In this document: piece after piece, positions 45,101-47,643 of the stretch | Layout of the letters: each line of letters starts with the position of its first letter | Position numbering within the stretch: position 1 is the first letter of the stretch | Assembly: GCA_000708835.1 (NCBI GenBank) | Contig: DF237068.1 | Span: 1 to 47,643, forward strand | Origin: Klebsormidium nitens | Lineage: Eukaryota; Plantae; Klebsormidiophyceae | DNA length: 47,643 nucleotides | Reading direction: 5' to 3' | Translations under genes and position numbers: made by a program | Notes under the pieces: model-generated | Told to the model about the DNA's origin: nothing | What the model saw: only the letters and a program-made list of their open reading frames with translations | Databases searched by the model: none

Positions 45101-46148
45101 TGATAGTTGACGCAGTGCTTTGAAATGCTCAGTAGTTTATTCACATCTGAGCAAGATCAGAGCACCCAAGATAAGTTCATCTGTATGAAGGATGGAGTGG
45201 TAGCAGCATGAGCAGGACATAGGCCGTTTTGGAGCTCCAAGTGTCAGCTGGCCTCTGACTGAAGAATCATGTGCAAGCAAAAAGTCAGGTTTCCGCACAA
45301 ATAAAAGAGTACAGACATGACTTCAAACGTACCAGACTGTGGTAGCTGCACAAAATGCTTGGGCTGTGCTTAGGCAGCGAGTGACTGCGATTGCAAATCG
45401 TGATTGTCAGACCCCCTGATTGGAGCTGAGGTATGACTGTTAAGAGTCTGCAACCGGTAAGAGCTCTCTTCGAAAGACTGCTCTCGTTCTCTTTGAGCAG
45501 GCTGCATTCTTGATCGAAGCACAGGGAAGTTAGTAAAAATAGTGAGCGTGATCAAGAGGGACATTAGGAAGACCTCTCTATAAGTCAAGCTCAATCACAA
45601 GAACCATGTTCAGATGTGAAGGATTCCAAACTGCAAACAGAAAAGCAGAACGATATACTAAGAGGCAAGAACAGAGAACCCACCTCTACTAAGGGCTCCA
45701 GCATTCCTGGGTAATGGAACCAGTGCTTGTGCCGGTGACAGTTCTCAAAGGCCATGCCCGACCGGTGCGGCTCGCCGCCCTGAAACTCCGCGCCTAGTTC
45801 TTCCTCCAGCCACTCTGTCCCGCTGTGCCTCTCTCCAATGACGCACATTCTCTTGATTGCATGCGGATACGCCGGCACAGCAGGTCTGGCGCTCACCAAA
45901 ACCCTTCCCGGCAGGCGCAGCACATGCGGCCAAAGATCGACGATCTCTTGCAGCGCGATTCCCTCAAAGTTCTGGGACACGCGGCGTTGCGTCGCGCAGT
46001 TGCAGCTCGCGGCGACCTGGAGCTCTTGAGTGAGGGGAATGGACACCCAAATGAAGAGCGAAAAGAGCGCTTGCGAGGCGAGCAAAATAAGCACGATGAC
46101 CAAAGTCCATGCCATGCTGCGGAACATGCCAGACCCTCCACCCTTCAT
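42171..46148 (-). CDS. Type II membrane sulfotransferase-like protein (P-loop PAPS-binding fold), 5 exons, 366 aa
   Basis: Exons 46148-45684, 44551-44321, 43756-43653, 43243-43081, 42308-42171 (1101 nt, phases consistent). N-terminal hydrophobic anchor AWTLVIVLILLASQALFSLFIWVSIPL, then VIGERHSGTEWL (5'-PSB-like loop), HKHWF, VVVRNAVDWL (3'-PB-like), VRYED, and C-terminal LEKKLGY. The start could instead be the upstream ATG at 46205. Confidence 0.75.
44490..45070 (-). repeat. Splice-acceptor echo array 5: three to four decayed copies of acceptor plus start of sulfotransferase-like exon 2
   Basis: On the minus strand, CAG/GA(C/T)GG(C/T)GACCT.AT.TT.(G/A)TGGTCGTGC blocks start at 44551 (live), 44674, 44797 and 44924; period 123, 123, 127 bp; remnant near 45020-45070. 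Confidence 0.93.
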
Positions 46149-47643
46149 GGCTGCGAATAAGCTAAGGACGGGAACAGGTTCTGTATGCGCACAAAGCCAG
46201 CTCAAGAGCTGCGTGAACTCCCCAAAGATGCTGGTTGGGAATGGGGCGCCCCTCAGTAGCGCTCTGTTCGATCAGCAAGACTTTCTTGGAAGTTCGTTAC
46301 AGTACTGTTGCTGCAAATGGAGCGGTGATTGTCAACGTGGTTGGCGGCACCGCTCAGCTCATCTCTTCCGATTCAACTCCTGCTTTCGCGTTCGAGCTGA
46401 TCCGAGTGCGTCTCGGCGCACACGACTCTCCGGCAAACCGGCCGACGGAGTGGTACGTGCGGTACTGAACTAGATATCCAACTGTTGATTGCACTTTCTT
46501 TCAACTCAATCTGGACTATATATAAAGTGCCCTGTTCCCACACATGGAAGCCGAATACGCGGTAGTCACAATATTGGGTACAAGACCGATCAATGGGTGG
46601 TCACAGACTTCCCCTGTAAAGCTAGCCTCGAGTGTTAGGTGTACTGGTGATGATTTGCCGGTCACCGAAAGCTCTCGCAACTCCCGCCGAAAGCTAGTGG
46701 GCAGTGCATGGATCGAAGGGGTATGAAACTGCGTACATGTTAGGTGCTACAGTGCACATATTGGGTCGCATTTTATTCTGGGCCGTCGATCCTGTGCTTC
46801 TGGCCAACAATTGCTGTCATTGACAGTGCCAAACTTTGATGTGCTGCCGTTGATAGAATCATTTTAAACATCGGTAAGAATCGGACGGATCACGGAAGTC
46901 GAGGGCCGGAGGCCGACGTTTTCCGTACGCCGTCGGAGGTTTGCATATTGTGCACAGGCAAGAGTCTGCGAGAGTCCCAGTCCGGGATTCGGGAAGCTCC
47001 GCGACCGTCCGACTCCGATTCTAAATGATGCCACGTGGCATTGCAATTTGCGAGTGCCTTTGACTTCGTAATATCGCCTTCGAACTTTGAACTGCCCACG
47101 GACTTTTGTCCCGGCCGGCTGGCTGCCGGCACCCCCCCGATTCTGTCTGCTCGGTCGTCGGCGCGGCAGTTTGCTTTTCCGGCCGGCAAAGCCCAGCAAT
47201 CGCCTGCATGCCTTTTCTGCCAGCCAACCAGCCGGCGGGCCGGGTGCCTTCGGCACCGGCCGGGGTCCTCTCTCGGCCGGCCAGGTCCAGGTTCTCTTGC
47301 CGGCGCAATGTGTGGGAAACCCTGCTTCGAAGTCCAGACTTCGACATACTGTACATACCGTACGGTATTAACTCGGGCACCGTTTGGAAAAGCAACTACT
47401 TACATTACACGTACCTTTTAATAATAGCGATGTTCGGCTTGCCGGGCGGCAAAGCTCACACGGGTCATCCGGTTTGCCTATTATTTAAATGTGAGTCACA
47501 AGATCTTTGACGTGCCCCGCCGGCAGCCGGTTCCCGAGGTACGGTACTTGCCCGAAAGTACTGTTCCGTACTAGAAGCGGTACCGTACACATGTGTGCAT
47601 GTGCATTGTGTACACCATATTTCGCCTGTCGGAATTCCGGGTA

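Noticed and set aside
46864-47510. Cluster of overlapping ORFs or a complete transposon
   Set aside because: GC-rich CCGG/GCCGGC low-complexity sequence explains the ORFs. There is only a small TAATAATAG/CTATTATTTA hairpin (about 47418-47487) and no convincing TIR plus TSD pair.
1-47643. tRNA, rRNA or snRNA genes
   Set aside because: No T-loop/cloverleaf, rRNA or snRNA signature was noticed by eye; a covariance-model scan was not possible.

Overview
Intron-rich eukaryotic nuclear DNA. The intron style (GT-AG, CTRAC branch motifs, AACCC-rich tracts) suggests a streptophyte green alga such as Klebsormidium; this is inference only. Four spliced genes were reconstructed by hand with consistent intron phases: (1) a BAT1/GABA-permease-like amino-acid transporter (+, 1873-11078, 11 exons, 538 aa); (2) a metallo-beta-lactamase-fold hydrolase (-, 15206-13208, 2 exons) that is intact except for one in-frame TGA at codon 180; (3) a very long CCD1/CCD4/NCED-type carotenoid cleavage dioxygenase (+, 16988-38584, at least 10 exons, about 970 aa) with a novel 18-aa N-terminal repeat and two loop insertions; (4) a membrane-anchored sulfotransferase-like protein (-, 46148-42171, 5 exons, 366 aa). 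The window also holds three short TIR elements (TTAA-, TA- and 8-bp-TSD types), decayed coding relics in the two giant CCD introns, several perfect palindromes, simple repeats and a 566-N gap. The main unexplained pattern is that 5 of the 24 introns, in three unrelated genes, carry tandem decayed copies (echoes) of the adjacent exon-intron junction. In four of the five arrays the echoes differ from the live exon mainly at third codon positions, which neutral intronic decay does not predict.
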